From a virus, in IMG/VR virus record IMGVR_UViG_3300047325_000170, positions 47,161-111,160 of that record: a stretch of DNA of 64,000 nucleotides; one strand, 5' to 3'. The translations under genes and the position numbers were made by a program. Positions 49,863-58,792 of the stretch are shown piece by piece; the first letter of the stretch is position 1, and every line of letters starts with the position of its first letter. The notes beneath the pieces were generated by a model. That model had not been told where the DNA came from, did not search any database, and worked only from the letters and a program-made list of their open reading frames with translations.

Positions 49863-51173
49863 TTAGGTAGGTGAGTTACTTGGCATGGTATTGCTCGCGT
49901 GCTTGCCACGCTTCTTCTTGGGCTGCTGACCATTTGGATTATGGAGATTCGCCGCAGTCGTTGCGGCAAGGTACTGGTGCGGACCAAAGCTGATCACATG
50001 ACCGAGAGCGAGACTCTGCATCCACATCGACCTGCCCTCCGGGTCCGTGTGCATGAGGGTAGGAGCGATGACATTATGGCTTATGTTCGAGACCAGGCCC
50101 ATCGAACCGACGGCGCTGTGGTAGGCGAGATCTCCAGAGACCTTCATGCCCTGCGCAAAGAAGTTCGGCTTCTTTCCGCTGAGGACATCGGCCGGTCCAG
50201 CAGTGGTGACCGCCCGCCAGTTCTTCAGGCGTGCTTGCTGAACATCAAGCTGAAGGGTCCCTACTTCAAGAGCGCGGCCACCTCGTGCCACTTGACTACT
50301 CGCGAAGGTCACGAGTTTCCCGAGGGCCTTCCCAAGCTTGGGGATACGAGTAGCTCCGAAGAGAAGGCCAGCACCGATGGTTGCGGGAAGGGCATTCTTC
50401 GCTACATCACCGAAGGCGGCAAGGTTCTGCCCAAGGCTTGGGTTATGTGACCGGTAGATCCCGTAAGCCCCCATGACACTTGCACCGACTAACCCGCCAA
50501 TCGTTCCTCCCGCTAACCCCTTCATGCGCCCACCGACGATGCCACCCGCAATACCACCAAGGTAGCTAAAGGAGAGGGCCTTCGCGCGGGGGTCACTGAC
50601 CTTATTGGGATCGTTGGAGGGACTTGTAACCATCGAGTTCAGGAAGCTACCGAAGGGGTTATTCTCCATGCGGTAGGTAATGGAGTCAGAGGTAGGTGAG
50701 TTAATACCGGTCATCATGGCTCGCTGGGAGCCAACTTGGCCATGATTGTTAAAGCCAGAGATACGGTTGGGGCTATAGGTTGCCGCGAGGGAGCCATTCC
50801 CGGACATATTCCGGTCATAGTTGGCAACGTATTGCTTGGCGGCAATGTACTGTTGGAAGTCTCGCCCCGCGAAGGCACCGGCAACACCGGCTCCTCCCGC
50901 GACGACTCCCGCCGTGACCACCCGCTTGAGGCCACCTTCCCAGATCGGCAGGCGGCGGGCAAGTAAGGGACCGCCAATAAGGAGGAGGGCATCGTCGGCA
51001 AAGCTGATCCCGATGTCCTTGGCAACGTTCGTCGCGAAGGACCCGACCGTCGCGTTCTGACGCGCCTCGTCGATATTCTTGGGCTGGGCGATCTGGGCAT
51101 TAAGCCCAACGAAGCCGCCATACGCGAGGCCGCCAAAGCCGAGGGCCTTCAGAAGCTTGCTGCTGGCGGCCAT
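49863..51173 (-). CDS. Glycine-zipper-rich protein (436 aa)
   Basis: Multiple GxxxG hydrophobic segments (GGIAGGIVGG, GGTIGGLVGA). Confidence 0.65.
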   Translation of the reverse strand: MAASSKLLKALGFGGLAYGGFVGLNAQIAQPKNIDEARQNATVGSFATNVAKDIGISFADDALLLIGGPLLARRLPIWEGGLKRVVTAGVVAGGAGVAGAFAGRDFQQYIAAKQYVANYDRNMSGNGSLAATYSPNRISGFNNHGQVGSQRAMMTGINSPTSDSITYRMENNPFGSFLNSMVTSPSNDPNKVSDPRAKALSFSYLGGIAGGIVGGRMKGLAGGTIGGLVGASVMGAYGIYRSHNPSLGQNLAAFGDVAKNALPATIGAGLLFGATRIPKLGKALGKLVTFASSQVARGGRALEVGTLQLDVQQARLKNWRAVTTAGPADVLSGKKPNFFAQGMKVSGDLAYHSAVGSMGLVSNISHNVIAPTLMHTDPEGRSMWMQSLALGHVISFGPHQYLAATTAANLHNPNGQQPKKKRGKHASNTMPSNSPT

Positions 51174-51183
51174 TTAGCTCGTG

Positions 51184-51960
51184 TTACTCCCCTGGGGGTA
51201 AAGCTTCGGGTTCTTGGTCTATGGTATCGGCGTGTTGGTCAACGCCATATTTGTAGCCCATGGTCTCGGCGTCGGCATAGTTGCCTTCGCGGATAAGGGC
51301 AGCGCGGGCAGCAGTGATCTGGGCGCGCTCGATGAGTTGCTTCGTGAACTGATCGATCCCCATCCCCTGCGAGCCACTGGCGGCGATCTTGTCCTTCCGA
51401 GTGGCCGAGAGGAGTTGGAGGATCTCATTATGCCGGCGCTGGAGCTTAGGGAGGGCCTCGGCTGCCTTGTGCAGCTGGGGCTGCTGGATGACCTCACCGG
51501 CGGGGTTCATCGCCACATCGATCTCTTCGATGAGGTTCCCCGACGATAAGAGCATCGTGCAGCGGTCGATGAGGATCTCAAGGGTGAGAAGCTGTTGGAT
51601 GAGGACCCCGTCGACCCGTTGACCCGGGTCCGTGGGATCTACCGCAAACTCAGAGTAATACCGGTCAGAAGCTTCCATGAGCTTGCCGATCTCAAGGACG
51701 CAGCGATCACCCCGGGTCACTTCCCCGCGCTGTTGGTAGACGCAGTGGTGCTTGTAGGGGCAGTCGTGGTCCCGGCAGATCATGGGGATCGAGGAGAGGA
51801 TCCCGTGCTTGACCGAGCGGGAAGAGATGGAACTCTTGACGGCCTCGAGCTTCTTGGGGGTATCGATCTTCCACTCCGACGGCAAACCATTGGTCTGGGC
51901 CGGGGGAGACGACTCGGGCTCTTGAGGTACAGGCAAATCCAAAAGTAAGAAAGACCCCAC
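51184..51960 (-). CDS. Putative terminase small subunit
   Basis: First gene of late arm; VKHG motif, Cys cluster, helical body ending LSATRKDK; largely positional. Confidence 0.55.
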   Translation of the reverse strand: MGSFLLLDLPVPQEPESSPPAQTNGLPSEWKIDTPKKLEAVKSSISSRSVKHGILSSIPMICRDHDCPYKHHCVYQQRGEVTRGDRCVLEIGKLMEASDRYYSEFAVDPTDPGQRVDGVLIQQLLTLEILIDRCTMLLSSGNLIEEIDVAMNPAGEVIQQPQLHKAAEALPKLQRRHNEILQLLSATRKDKIAASGSQGMGIDQFTKQLIERAQITAARAALIREGNYADAETMGYKYGVDQHADTIDQEPEALPPGE

Positions 51961-52125
51961 ACATTTTCTCGAGGCTTACTGAGTCGATAGTACCCATGAG
52001 CGCTTCTTCATTCGCTCAGGTAGAGATCTAGGGACCGGAGCGTCTCCCTTGAGACCGGGAAGGGCTGGGTCGCTCCCCACCCCGCTCTTTGGGGGGTACG
52101 GGCAAAAGCAAAGTCGGACTCCTTA

Positions 52126-52172
52126 GATCTTCTCTGTCTTTTTGATCTTCTCTGTCTTTTTGATCTTCTCTG
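52126..52172. repeat. 18-bp tandem repeat, ~2.6 copies (GATCTTCTCTGTCTTTTT)
   Basis: Copies start at 52126, 52144, 52162. Confidence 0.9.
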
Positions 52173-52770
52173 CCCACTGCAGCTGGAACCACTCCCCAAG
52201 GGCGATGGGCATGACCAGGAGCAAGAATCCGAGATCTTCGATTGCCAAGGAGATATGCCGCAGTTGGCTACCGACCTCCCTCCATAATTCAGGAAGGAGG
52301 GGCTCCGGGCGACTGTAGCCGACGGGATCGACCCTTTCTCTCTTCTCTCTCTCTTCCAGGCTCTCAATCGTATGGAAGGACCACTCCCCCTCTGAGTCCA
52401 GGCTTCCGATGCACCGCTGTCCCTTGGCATTCACCAAGGTCCAGCTATCGTCGTAGGGGAAACAAACCTGCACCATTACCCCGGCCTTGGGTCCTCGACC
52501 CAAGCCGTAGTCCTTGGCCTGGTACGGCGTTGGGCTGACCACTTGCCAGCCCCCCGCCTTTGGGTAACTTCCGCTCCATCCCCCATAGGGTAAACTGCTC
52601 CCTGTTGGAAGGACACTACTCCCTTGTAGTATTTGGTTCATAAGAACCCGGAGGGAGACCCTCCGGACCTCCCCTCATCTTCCTTTAATGCCTTATAGGA
52701 TTGGAAGACGGGAAATCTGTATCTGGCTTTAGTCATAGTAGCTTCCTAGGGCTCAGAAAGCTAGAGCTGG

Positions 52771-52853
52771 CTTCAAGACAAAACTTCAAGACAGGGATCA
52801 ACTTCAAGACAAGGATCGACTTCAAGACAAGGATCAGCTTCAAGACAAGGATC
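52771..52853. repeat. Iteron-like direct repeats, CTTCAAGACA(A/G)GGATC
   Basis: CTTCAAGACA cores at 52771, 52784, 52802, 52820, 52838 (spacing 13, 18, 18, 18). Confidence 0.9.
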
Positions 52854-53226
52854 CCTGAGATCAAGAACCAGAGCGAGCAAGAGCCGGCCCCCCTCCCCAG
52901 GTGCGACAAAAGTAGGAGGGCCGTAAGAGATCTCAAAAGTGAGAAATCTGTCAGGGGGTCCACGTCCTACGGACCCCTTGCGCCATGCGGGTTCCGAGCC
53001 CCCGGGGTCGGATCCGGGCGGAGTCTTCCGCACGGGACTAGTTCTGGTCACCCAGCCACGTTGCCAAGGGGCGGGGGCGTGGACGCCTCGGCTATCCATG
53101 CTGCCGTCTGACGCCTCGGTTACTGTCGCAACAACCTGCACCGCAGGGTACGCCACGTGTGCCAGGCGTCTTCCCTTTTTCCTCCTACTCTCACTTGCCT
53201 TCCGTCTCTTGATTGGAGATCTTATC

Positions 53227-53376
53227 GTGAACGCACTCTACTCGTTCTTCGACTCCGTCGCTCCCACCATCATCCGCCTCGGCTTCGGTACCGGGCTCGT
53301 CACCGTCATCTGGTACGCTGCTACCTACCTCTTCTCATCTATCGTACATAGTCTGGTCCATGCAGTGGGGGGCTAG
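53227..53376 (+). CDS. Small membrane protein (49 aa)
   Basis: GTG behind GGAG; hydrophobic. Confidence 0.6.
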   Translation: MNALYSFFDSVAPTIIRLGFGTGLVTVIWYAATYLFSSIVHSLVHAVGG

Positions 53377-53461
53377 CGCCCCCCACACCCCCCGCCTCCC
53401 TACGACCACGACTTGAGTGGCGGGGAGGCGAATCACCTTCTCTACTTCGGGAGACTTCACC

Positions 53462-53659
53462 ATGCGTATGCTCTTCTACAAGGCCTCGATCTTCTCTTGG
53501 GTCAACAATGCCACGGGCAAGACCTGGTCGAAGGACTTCAAGCTCGGTCTCGGTGCAGCCATGATCTACATGACCGCTGCCCAACTGACCGGCTACCTCG
53601 CTCGTCTCGGCGCGACCAAAGAAGGCCGAGACGTCCTCAAGTCCCTGGTCTCACGCTAG
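53462..53659 (+). CDS. Hypothetical protein (65 aa)
   Basis: ATG behind GGAG; followed by terminator 53664-53689. Confidence 0.65.
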   Translation: MRMLFYKASIFSWVNNATGKTWSKDFKLGLGAAMIYMTAAQLTGYLARLGATKEGRDVLKSLVSR

Positions 53660-53957
53660 TCCCGAACCCCCGCTGCGGCGGGGGTTCTTACTTGCGTCCT
53701 CGTGCTCTCTGTATAGCGAATCTTCGGGTGCTCTTTGTAGCGAATTCCCAGTCCCTCGCTGGTCTGTATAGCGAATCTGTGGAGGGACTGGCACCCCACC
53801 CTTTGGGAAGCGATTTCCATCCCCTTCCCTCCACCCATCCCCACAAATCGCCACCATTCCACGGGGCAGTCACGGGTGCGCACACACATCACTCAATATA
53901 CGACGTCCCAAGGGGCTGGGATGTAGACAACTTGCTTCTCATTGAAGGAGATCTCAC

Positions 53958-54245
53958 ATGGATCAAGCCACCTACCAGGCCAAGGTCGACGTCGCTTTCA
54001 TGAACCTCTACCACAGCCTCAAGAAGAACCCGTTCTCGCGTTGGCTGGCGGTCGTGAAGTTCTACACCGTCATCATGGAGCACAATCCCAAGCTCAAGGG
54101 CGCCGAGCTCAAGACGGCCGCCAAGCGTGAGGCACTCGATGCAGCTCGTCGCCAGATCCTCAAGGTCGCGGCGCAATGCGTGAACGAAGCGAACCTCGCG
54201 CCTACCGTCAAGGTAATCGAGGACCTCGTCGCCCTTCCCGCCTAG
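53958..54245 (+). CDS. Hypothetical protein (95 aa)
   Basis: RBS AAGGAG; terminator follows. Confidence 0.75.
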   Translation: MDQATYQAKVDVAFMNLYHSLKKNPFSRWLAVVKFYTVIMEHNPKLKGAELKTAAKREALDAARRQILKVAAQCVNEANLAPTVKVIEDLVALPA

Positions 54246-54320
54246 AGACCCACCCTCAGCAATCGCGCTGGGGGTTTTCTCTTTTCACGCTGCGGAGAGG
54301 ATGGGACATGGAGGTGACCT

Positions 54321-54506
54321 ATGGAACTCGAACCCAACATCGCGCAGATGGACGCCACGGGCAAGACCTACTGCGGCATGTGCTCCGAAGCGGTGTATGC
54401 GGACTCGGACTGGCACACGGTCCCCACAACCACCGTCTCGGGCGCCCACACTATCCTCTGCCACTCGTGCTACCTCGACTATACCGCCATCAAAGCAGAA
54501 ATCTAG
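54321..54506 (+). CDS. Small zinc-finger protein
   Basis: CGMC...CHSC; RBS GGAGGT. Confidence 0.7.
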   Translation: MELEPNIAQMDATGKTYCGMCSEAVYADSDWHTVPTTTVSGAHTILCHSCYLDYTAIKAEI

Positions 54507-54655
54507 TACCTCGGCATGGCGGACACCGGCCCCTAAAATCGCTACCAACCCTCGCCCTATGGGTGAGGGTTTTCTCCCTCCATGCTCACAAATCGCTACC
54601 CACCCCTGAAAATCGCCACGAACTTTTGAGTGGGAGATCCCTGGAGGTAATCAAC

Positions 54656-54850
54656 ATGATTCGTGATATGTCCGGCTATCGCCCGCCACGCAAGCTCTGC
54701 GTCGACATGACCGATGAGGAGTTTCGTGACTACGAAGACTGGGAAATCTGGCGTACCGCGGTCTACATACGACCACGTTATCAGCTCATTCCCTCGAGAC
54801 AAACCCCGACGGGTCGCATCCTCATGCTGGTGCACTCAAAGCCACGCTGA
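54656..54850 (+). CDS. Hypothetical protein (64 aa)
   Basis: ATG behind GGAGGT. Confidence 0.65.
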   Translation: MIRDMSGYRPPRKLCVDMTDEEFRDYEDWEIWRTAVYIRPRYQLIPSRQTPTGRILMLVHSKPR

Positions 54851-54857
54851 TGAGGGG

Positions 54858-54985
54858 CGGGGAGGCGGACAGGCAGCTCGGCGCGACCGAGTCGGTCCCA
54901 TGCGTACGGTTTAGCATTCGGTGCTTCCAGCATGGGGAGAGGCTAGCATAGGCCCTCGCCCTGTCCCACCCTTTTCGTCACCCCA
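54858..54985 (+). ncRNA. Candidate multi-branched structured RNA or leader
   Basis: GGACAGG/CCTGTCC closing stem around three hairpins; directly after motif copy 54842. Confidence 0.4.
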
Positions 54986-55007
54986 AACTCTCCACAGGAG
55001 ATCAAGC

Positions 55008-55061
55008 ATGGTGTACACCGAAGTCGACGGCGTGCTCGCGAAGATTATCTTCAAGAAATAG
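55008..55061 (+). CDS. 17-aa minigene MVYTEVDGVLAKIIFKK
   Basis: RBS AGGAG, stop, then terminator 55067-55100. Confidence 0.5.
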   Translation: MVYTEVDGVLAKIIFKK

Positions 55062-55140
55062 CGCCCAAACCCACAACGCTGCGGCGTTGTGGGTTTTTCT
55101 TCCCCCACGCTTGGAAGAGGGTGAGCTGCGGAGGTGAACC

Positions 55141-55359
55141 ATGGAAGAACTCGACTGGCTTCTAGCATGGGAAGAGGCTTGGGAACCCTGCATCAGCTGC
55201 TATCGGAGAGCAGCTCTGCCCGACGTGACCGAACGTGAGCTCGTCGAGCTGGGTGCCATGTATGGCCCGGGCGGCGAGTACGACGGGCTCTACAGTGGCG
55301 GCCTTTGCCGTCTGTGCGAGGCAGGTGCCGAGCGTGGCCGTGACCCTAGCGAGAGCTAG
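55141..55359 (+). CDS. Hypothetical protein (72 aa) with CxxC pairs
   Basis: RBS GGAGGT; shares AMYGPGGEYDGLY with 56092..56523. Confidence 0.7.
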   Translation: MEELDWLLAWEEAWEPCISCYRRAALPDVTERELVELGAMYGPGGEYDGLYSGGLCRLCEAGAERGRDPSES

Positions 55360-55411
55360 GGTCTCTTTCTTTTCCAACCATCTCGCTCAGGTTCCACGTT
55401 GTGAAGTGGAA

Positions 55412-55716
55412 GGGATGCGGAAGCAAAAGGAGGCCGCCATACTCAAGGCGGACCGCTGCCCGGAAGTATCGTCGTATCGGAAGCGTAGGTGATTCTCGGT
55501 AAATCCTACGCATTGCCGACGGGACGAGTGACCGGTGACTGGTTGCATAAAACCCTATTCATACGATGCTTGTGAGCAACATAAGACATAACCCTGCACC
55601 CTCCCCGGCATGCGCCCCCGGTGAGACCCACGAGAGGGAAAGACATGAGGTTGCAGGCGGTTGGGTATCGTATGGCTTCCACTCTCCCCACAATGCTCCG
55701 GCATTGTGGGGTTTTC
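55412..55716 (+). ncRNA. Candidate ~300-nt structured ncRNA
   Basis: Bounded by motif copy 55394 and terminator 55687-55716; four nested helices; no convincing RBS-led ORF. Confidence 0.5.
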
Positions 55717-55742
55717 TCAACTTTCTTCATAGGAGAGCTACC

Positions 55743-55994
55743 ATGGCTTACAATCGCCAGAAGATTGCCATTGCTTCGGCAATCGAAAAGCAAGAGCTCA
55801 ACATCGTGGTTCGCGAGCTCGTCGCTGCGCGCCATCGCTACGAGCGCTCCTTCCAACCGGGCAGCCACATCAATCGTGATTTCGCTCAGCACGAGCTCAT
55901 GATTGCCAACTCCAACTACCTGCGTTTAACCCTCAGCAACGGGTTAAACCATATGCGCTTCAAGTACCCTGAGTTCTACTCAGACCTGGTTTAG
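55743..55994 (+). CDS. Hypothetical protein (83 aa)
   Basis: ATG behind AGGAG. Confidence 0.7.
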   Translation: MAYNRQKIAIASAIEKQELNIVVRELVAARHRYERSFQPGSHINRDFAQHELMIANSNYLRLTLSNGLNHMRFKYPEFYSDLV

Positions 55995-56091
55995 CTCTAT
56001 GAGCCTAAGTTAGATGTAGCCACGCTCCCAAGGGGATGCGAGGTGAAGCCTATCTTGGGCTCAGCTTTTTCGCTTTAACCTGGAGGTTAAC

Positions 56092-56523
56092 ATGGCCACA
56101 CAAGTCGATTTCACGCCAATCTTCGAATCCCGCGAGTACAAGCTCGCTCTCGAGCGTGCCGAGAAGCCCGCTCAGTTCCCCTATCGCGTACGCAAGGCGG
56201 CGTACCAGCGCAAGACCTACACGAAGTGGGATGCCGCTATCGACCGCCTACGCGAGGCGTACACCACCAAGCTGCAAGGCGAGTACACGCGCCTTCGTCT
56301 CAAGGAGGCGAAAACCGAGCTGGAAGGCCAGCTCAGCCTGCTCGAGGATGACGGGTTCGCGCCTGAACCCGATCCGGATCAGGCCTACGAGCGCTGGCTC
56401 GAGCGCGGTGACCACGAGACCGAACGTGACCTCGCCGAGCACGATGCCATGTATGGCCCGGGCGGCGAGTACGACGGGCTCTACAACCGCTGCTCGCAGC
56501 CCGACGACGAGCTGCCCTTCTAG
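56092..56523 (+). CDS. Hypothetical protein (143 aa), acidic C-terminus ending DDELPF
   Basis: RBS GGAGGT; terminator follows. Confidence 0.75.
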   Translation: MATQVDFTPIFESREYKLALERAEKPAQFPYRVRKAAYQRKTYTKWDAAIDRLREAYTTKLQGEYTRLRLKEAKTELEGQLSLLEDDGFAPEPDPDQAYERWLERGDHETERDLAEHDAMYGPGGEYDGLYNRCSQPDDELPF

Positions 56524-56634
56524 GGCATACCCCCGCTTCGGCGGGGGTATCCTCTTCCCACATCTGCCCACCCATGAAAATCGCCACGAACTTTTCGCCA
56601 CGCTTTAAGTGGGAGAGCCACGGAGGTAACGCAG

Positions 56635-56931
56635 ATGAAGCAAGTAGGCACCTTGGTCTTGCCCGATGGCGAGATGCTCCAGGTTTTCCAGACCCAGTAC
56701 ACCGATGGCCAAACCGCCATCGAGATCTTCGCGGCGGATGGCCCGTACGCACGCCTCAGCGTGAATATGGCGCCCGACTACGTCTGCCAAGACGGCGAGT
56801 TCGTTGTCAAGTCGTGGTCCGGGAACGAGGAGATCGTCGAGATCGCCGAGGCCTCGGGTCTCTTCGAGTACGCCGGGAAAGTCGCTGGCAACGGCTTGGT
56901 CTTCGGACCGGTGTGGAAACTCAAGGGCTAG
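56635..56931 (+). CDS. Hypothetical protein (98 aa)
   Basis: RBS GGAGGT; terminator follows. Confidence 0.75.
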   Translation: MKQVGTLVLPDGEMLQVFQTQYTDGQTAIEIFAADGPYARLSVNMAPDYVCQDGEFVVKSWSGNEEIVEIAEASGLFEYAGKVAGNGLVFGPVWKLKG

Positions 56932-56999
56932 AGGCCCGCCCCCGACCCAGCTTGATGCTGGGTCGGGGGCTTCTCACAAACCAAGAAAGGAATGATACG

Positions 57000-57185
57000 A
57001 TGAAAACTAAAGCCATTTACAAGTTCGCAACCGGCGACGTAATTCCCGAAGGCGCTGTCTATCTGAATACCGTCGTCCAAACCCGCGCACGGGGCGTTCG
57101 AGGGAGGAATCAGCCAGAAGCGGCGGGCCCGTGGTCGCCTTGCTGGCTGGTCTGGCATTACTTTCTCGTTGAGGTTGACGCGTGA
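57000..57185 (+). CDS. Hypothetical protein (61 aa)
   Basis: RBS AAAGGA; MKTKAIYKF... Confidence 0.6.
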   Translation: MKTKAIYKFATGDVIPEGAVYLNTVVQTRARGVRGRNQPEAAGPWSPCWLVWHYFLVEVDA

Positions 57186-57349
57186 ATAGCGAGCTTTACA
57201 AACTGTGGCAAGAGATCGGTGCTCTACGGGAACGCGTTCAAGAACTCGAGGCGTACGCCGAAGAACTCGACGCGGCCAACGTGGCCTTAAGCAAGCAGGT
57301 GGAGATCTTGACGAGCACTAGAGGGTCTTCACGCTTTCCACGCTCATAG
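57182..57349 (+). CDS. Small coiled-coil protein (55 aa)
   Basis: GTG overlapping previous stop; RBS GAGGT. Confidence 0.55.
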   Translation: MNSELYKLWQEIGALRERVQELEAYAEELDAANVALSKQVEILTSTRGSSRFPRS

Positions 57350-57431
57350 TGGAAGGGCCGCGCTGGCACCCCCGCGTTAGCGGGGGTTTCCTCTTTCCAC
57401 GCTCGTAGTGGGTGTGAACTGGAGGTGACCT

Positions 57432-57599
57432 ATGAACTCATGCCACGTGTGCAACAAGGCTCTCACGCACGCAGAAGCCATCGATGAGGACCTCAGCCTC
57501 ATCATTCAGGAACCTATCTGGATGCGGGTCAGCATCTGTGCAGCATGTGCTGCATCAATGGATGCTGCCAGGAACGCCGACGTCTTCAGCCCCAACTAA
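57432..57599 (+). CDS. Small zinc-finger protein (55 aa)
   Basis: CHVC...CAAC; RBS GGAGGT; terminator follows. Confidence 0.65.
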   Translation: MNSCHVCNKALTHAEAIDEDLSLIIQEPIWMRVSICAACAASMDAARNADVFSPN

Positions 57600-57667
57600 C
57601 CTTAGCCCCGCTTATGCGGGGCTTCTCTCTTGCCACGCTGCGAGAGGCTAAGAATTGGAGGTGAAAG

Positions 57668-58087
57668 ATGGCTATTACCAGCTTTAGTGGCCCGTGGGCC
57701 TGCCTATCGAACTTCTGGCCAGTCATGATCTGGGTCGAAGACGAACTCTACCCGAGCGCCGAGCATGCCTTTCAGGCAATGAAGACGCTCAACTCTGCCG
57801 AACGTCGCTCTATCGCGCTGGCCGCCACTCCCGGCCAAGCGAAGAAGGCCGGGCGCGCGCTATCCCTGCGAGAAGACTGGGAGCGCGTCAAGGATGAGCA
57901 GATGCTGAAGATCCTACGCGTCAAGTTCGCCGTCGCCCCTCTCGCCGAGAAGCTGCTCGAGACGGGCGACCAGGAACTCGTCGAAGGGAACTGGTGGGGT
58001 GATACCTACTGGGGCGTCTGTAAGGGCACCGGGCAGAATAAGCTCGGCAAGAGTCTGATGACCGTGCGAGCTGAGCTTAAGGGGTAG
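57668..58087 (+). CDS. NADAR (YbiA-like) family protein
   Basis: LSNFW...YPSAEHAFQAMK...DWERVK..M...KF...LLETG...LVEGN.WGDTYWG...GQNKLGKSLM.VR. Confidence 0.9.
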   Translation: MAITSFSGPWACLSNFWPVMIWVEDELYPSAEHAFQAMKTLNSAERRSIALAATPGQAKKAGRALSLREDWERVKDEQMLKILRVKFAVAPLAEKLLETGDQELVEGNWWGDTYWGVCKGTGQNKLGKSLMTVRAELKG

Positions 58088-58153
58088 GCGTAAGCCTACC
58101 CCTTCTCTCTTGCCACGCTGTGAAGTGGATGTGAGTTGGAGGTAATCATCACT

Positions 58154-58633
58154 ATGAGAAAGACCATCTTCCTCGCACTCAAGTGGACCCAAGACACAGG
58201 TTCAGCTTTCGCTGTCCAAGAACTAGCTGCTGGCGCCCCCTTCGGTCTCGAGGGTTGGGTTGTCCTCTCTTGGTGGTCGACGTACCACCAAGCAGAACAA
58301 GCCAGGTCGCTGTACGAAACCCACTATCTCCTTCACGGAGATGAGGACGACAGCTACATCGGCGAAGCCGTCGAGTACATGCCAGACAATGCCGATCATC
58401 CGCTCAACCTGCTCTCTTGGTTCATCAAGAACTGTCTCACGGATCTGGCTCAGAACACCAGTCCCCTCGTCATCACCCCGGTCAACGACGAGTACACGTC
58501 GCTCGAGGTTCACAACGAGCACGCGCATACCCGCTTGGGCTGCCTTACTCCCAGCATGCGGCGTGCCGTCTACCTGATGGTGGCAAAGTATAACCTGGAC
58601 CTCCGCCGATTTGCAGCAGAAGTGGGGATGTGA
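58154..58633 (+). CDS. Hypothetical protein (159 aa)
   Basis: ATG behind GGAGGT. Confidence 0.7.
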   Translation: MRKTIFLALKWTQDTGSAFAVQELAAGAPFGLEGWVVLSWWSTYHQAEQARSLYETHYLLHGDEDDSYIGEAVEYMPDNADHPLNLLSWFIKNCLTDLAQNTSPLVITPVNDEYTSLEVHNEHAHTRLGCLTPSMRRAVYLMVAKYNLDLRRFAAEVGM

Positions 58634-58661
58634 GGTGGCATAGATCCACGCTTGGGAGGGG

Positions 58662-58792
58662 GAGTGACGTGAGGATCTGTGCGTCCGAAGCTCAGAACCC
58701 AAACTCCCTGTGTAAGCAGGAGCATGCCCGTTGGTGAGTTGTTCATTCAACCACCAACGGGTCTTTCTTTTCAAGCTATCGCTCACGTCAAA
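58662..58792 (+). ncRNA. Candidate ~130-nt structured RNA
   Basis: After motif copy 58646; TGACGTGAG/CTCACGTCA 9-bp closing helix with internal hairpins. Confidence 0.4.

Noticed and set aside
852-51948. Numerous + strand ORFs antisense to structural genes (e.g. 36415..37491, 14219..15091)
   Set aside because: Typical antisense shadows of GC-biased codon usage, fully overlapping well-supported minus-strand genes.
52771-52853. CRISPR array
   Set aside because: Repeats are tandem with only ~2-3 variable nt and no spacers.
52008-53156. ORFs 52123..52641, 52701..53111 and overlapping ones
   Set aside because: Translate tandem repeats (KKTEKI, FKTRI), lack convincing RBS and conflict with each other; left uncalled.
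54858-54985. tRNA gene
   Set aside because: No T-loop or D-loop consensus, wrong arm sizes, no CCA; no tRNA recognised anywhere in the window.
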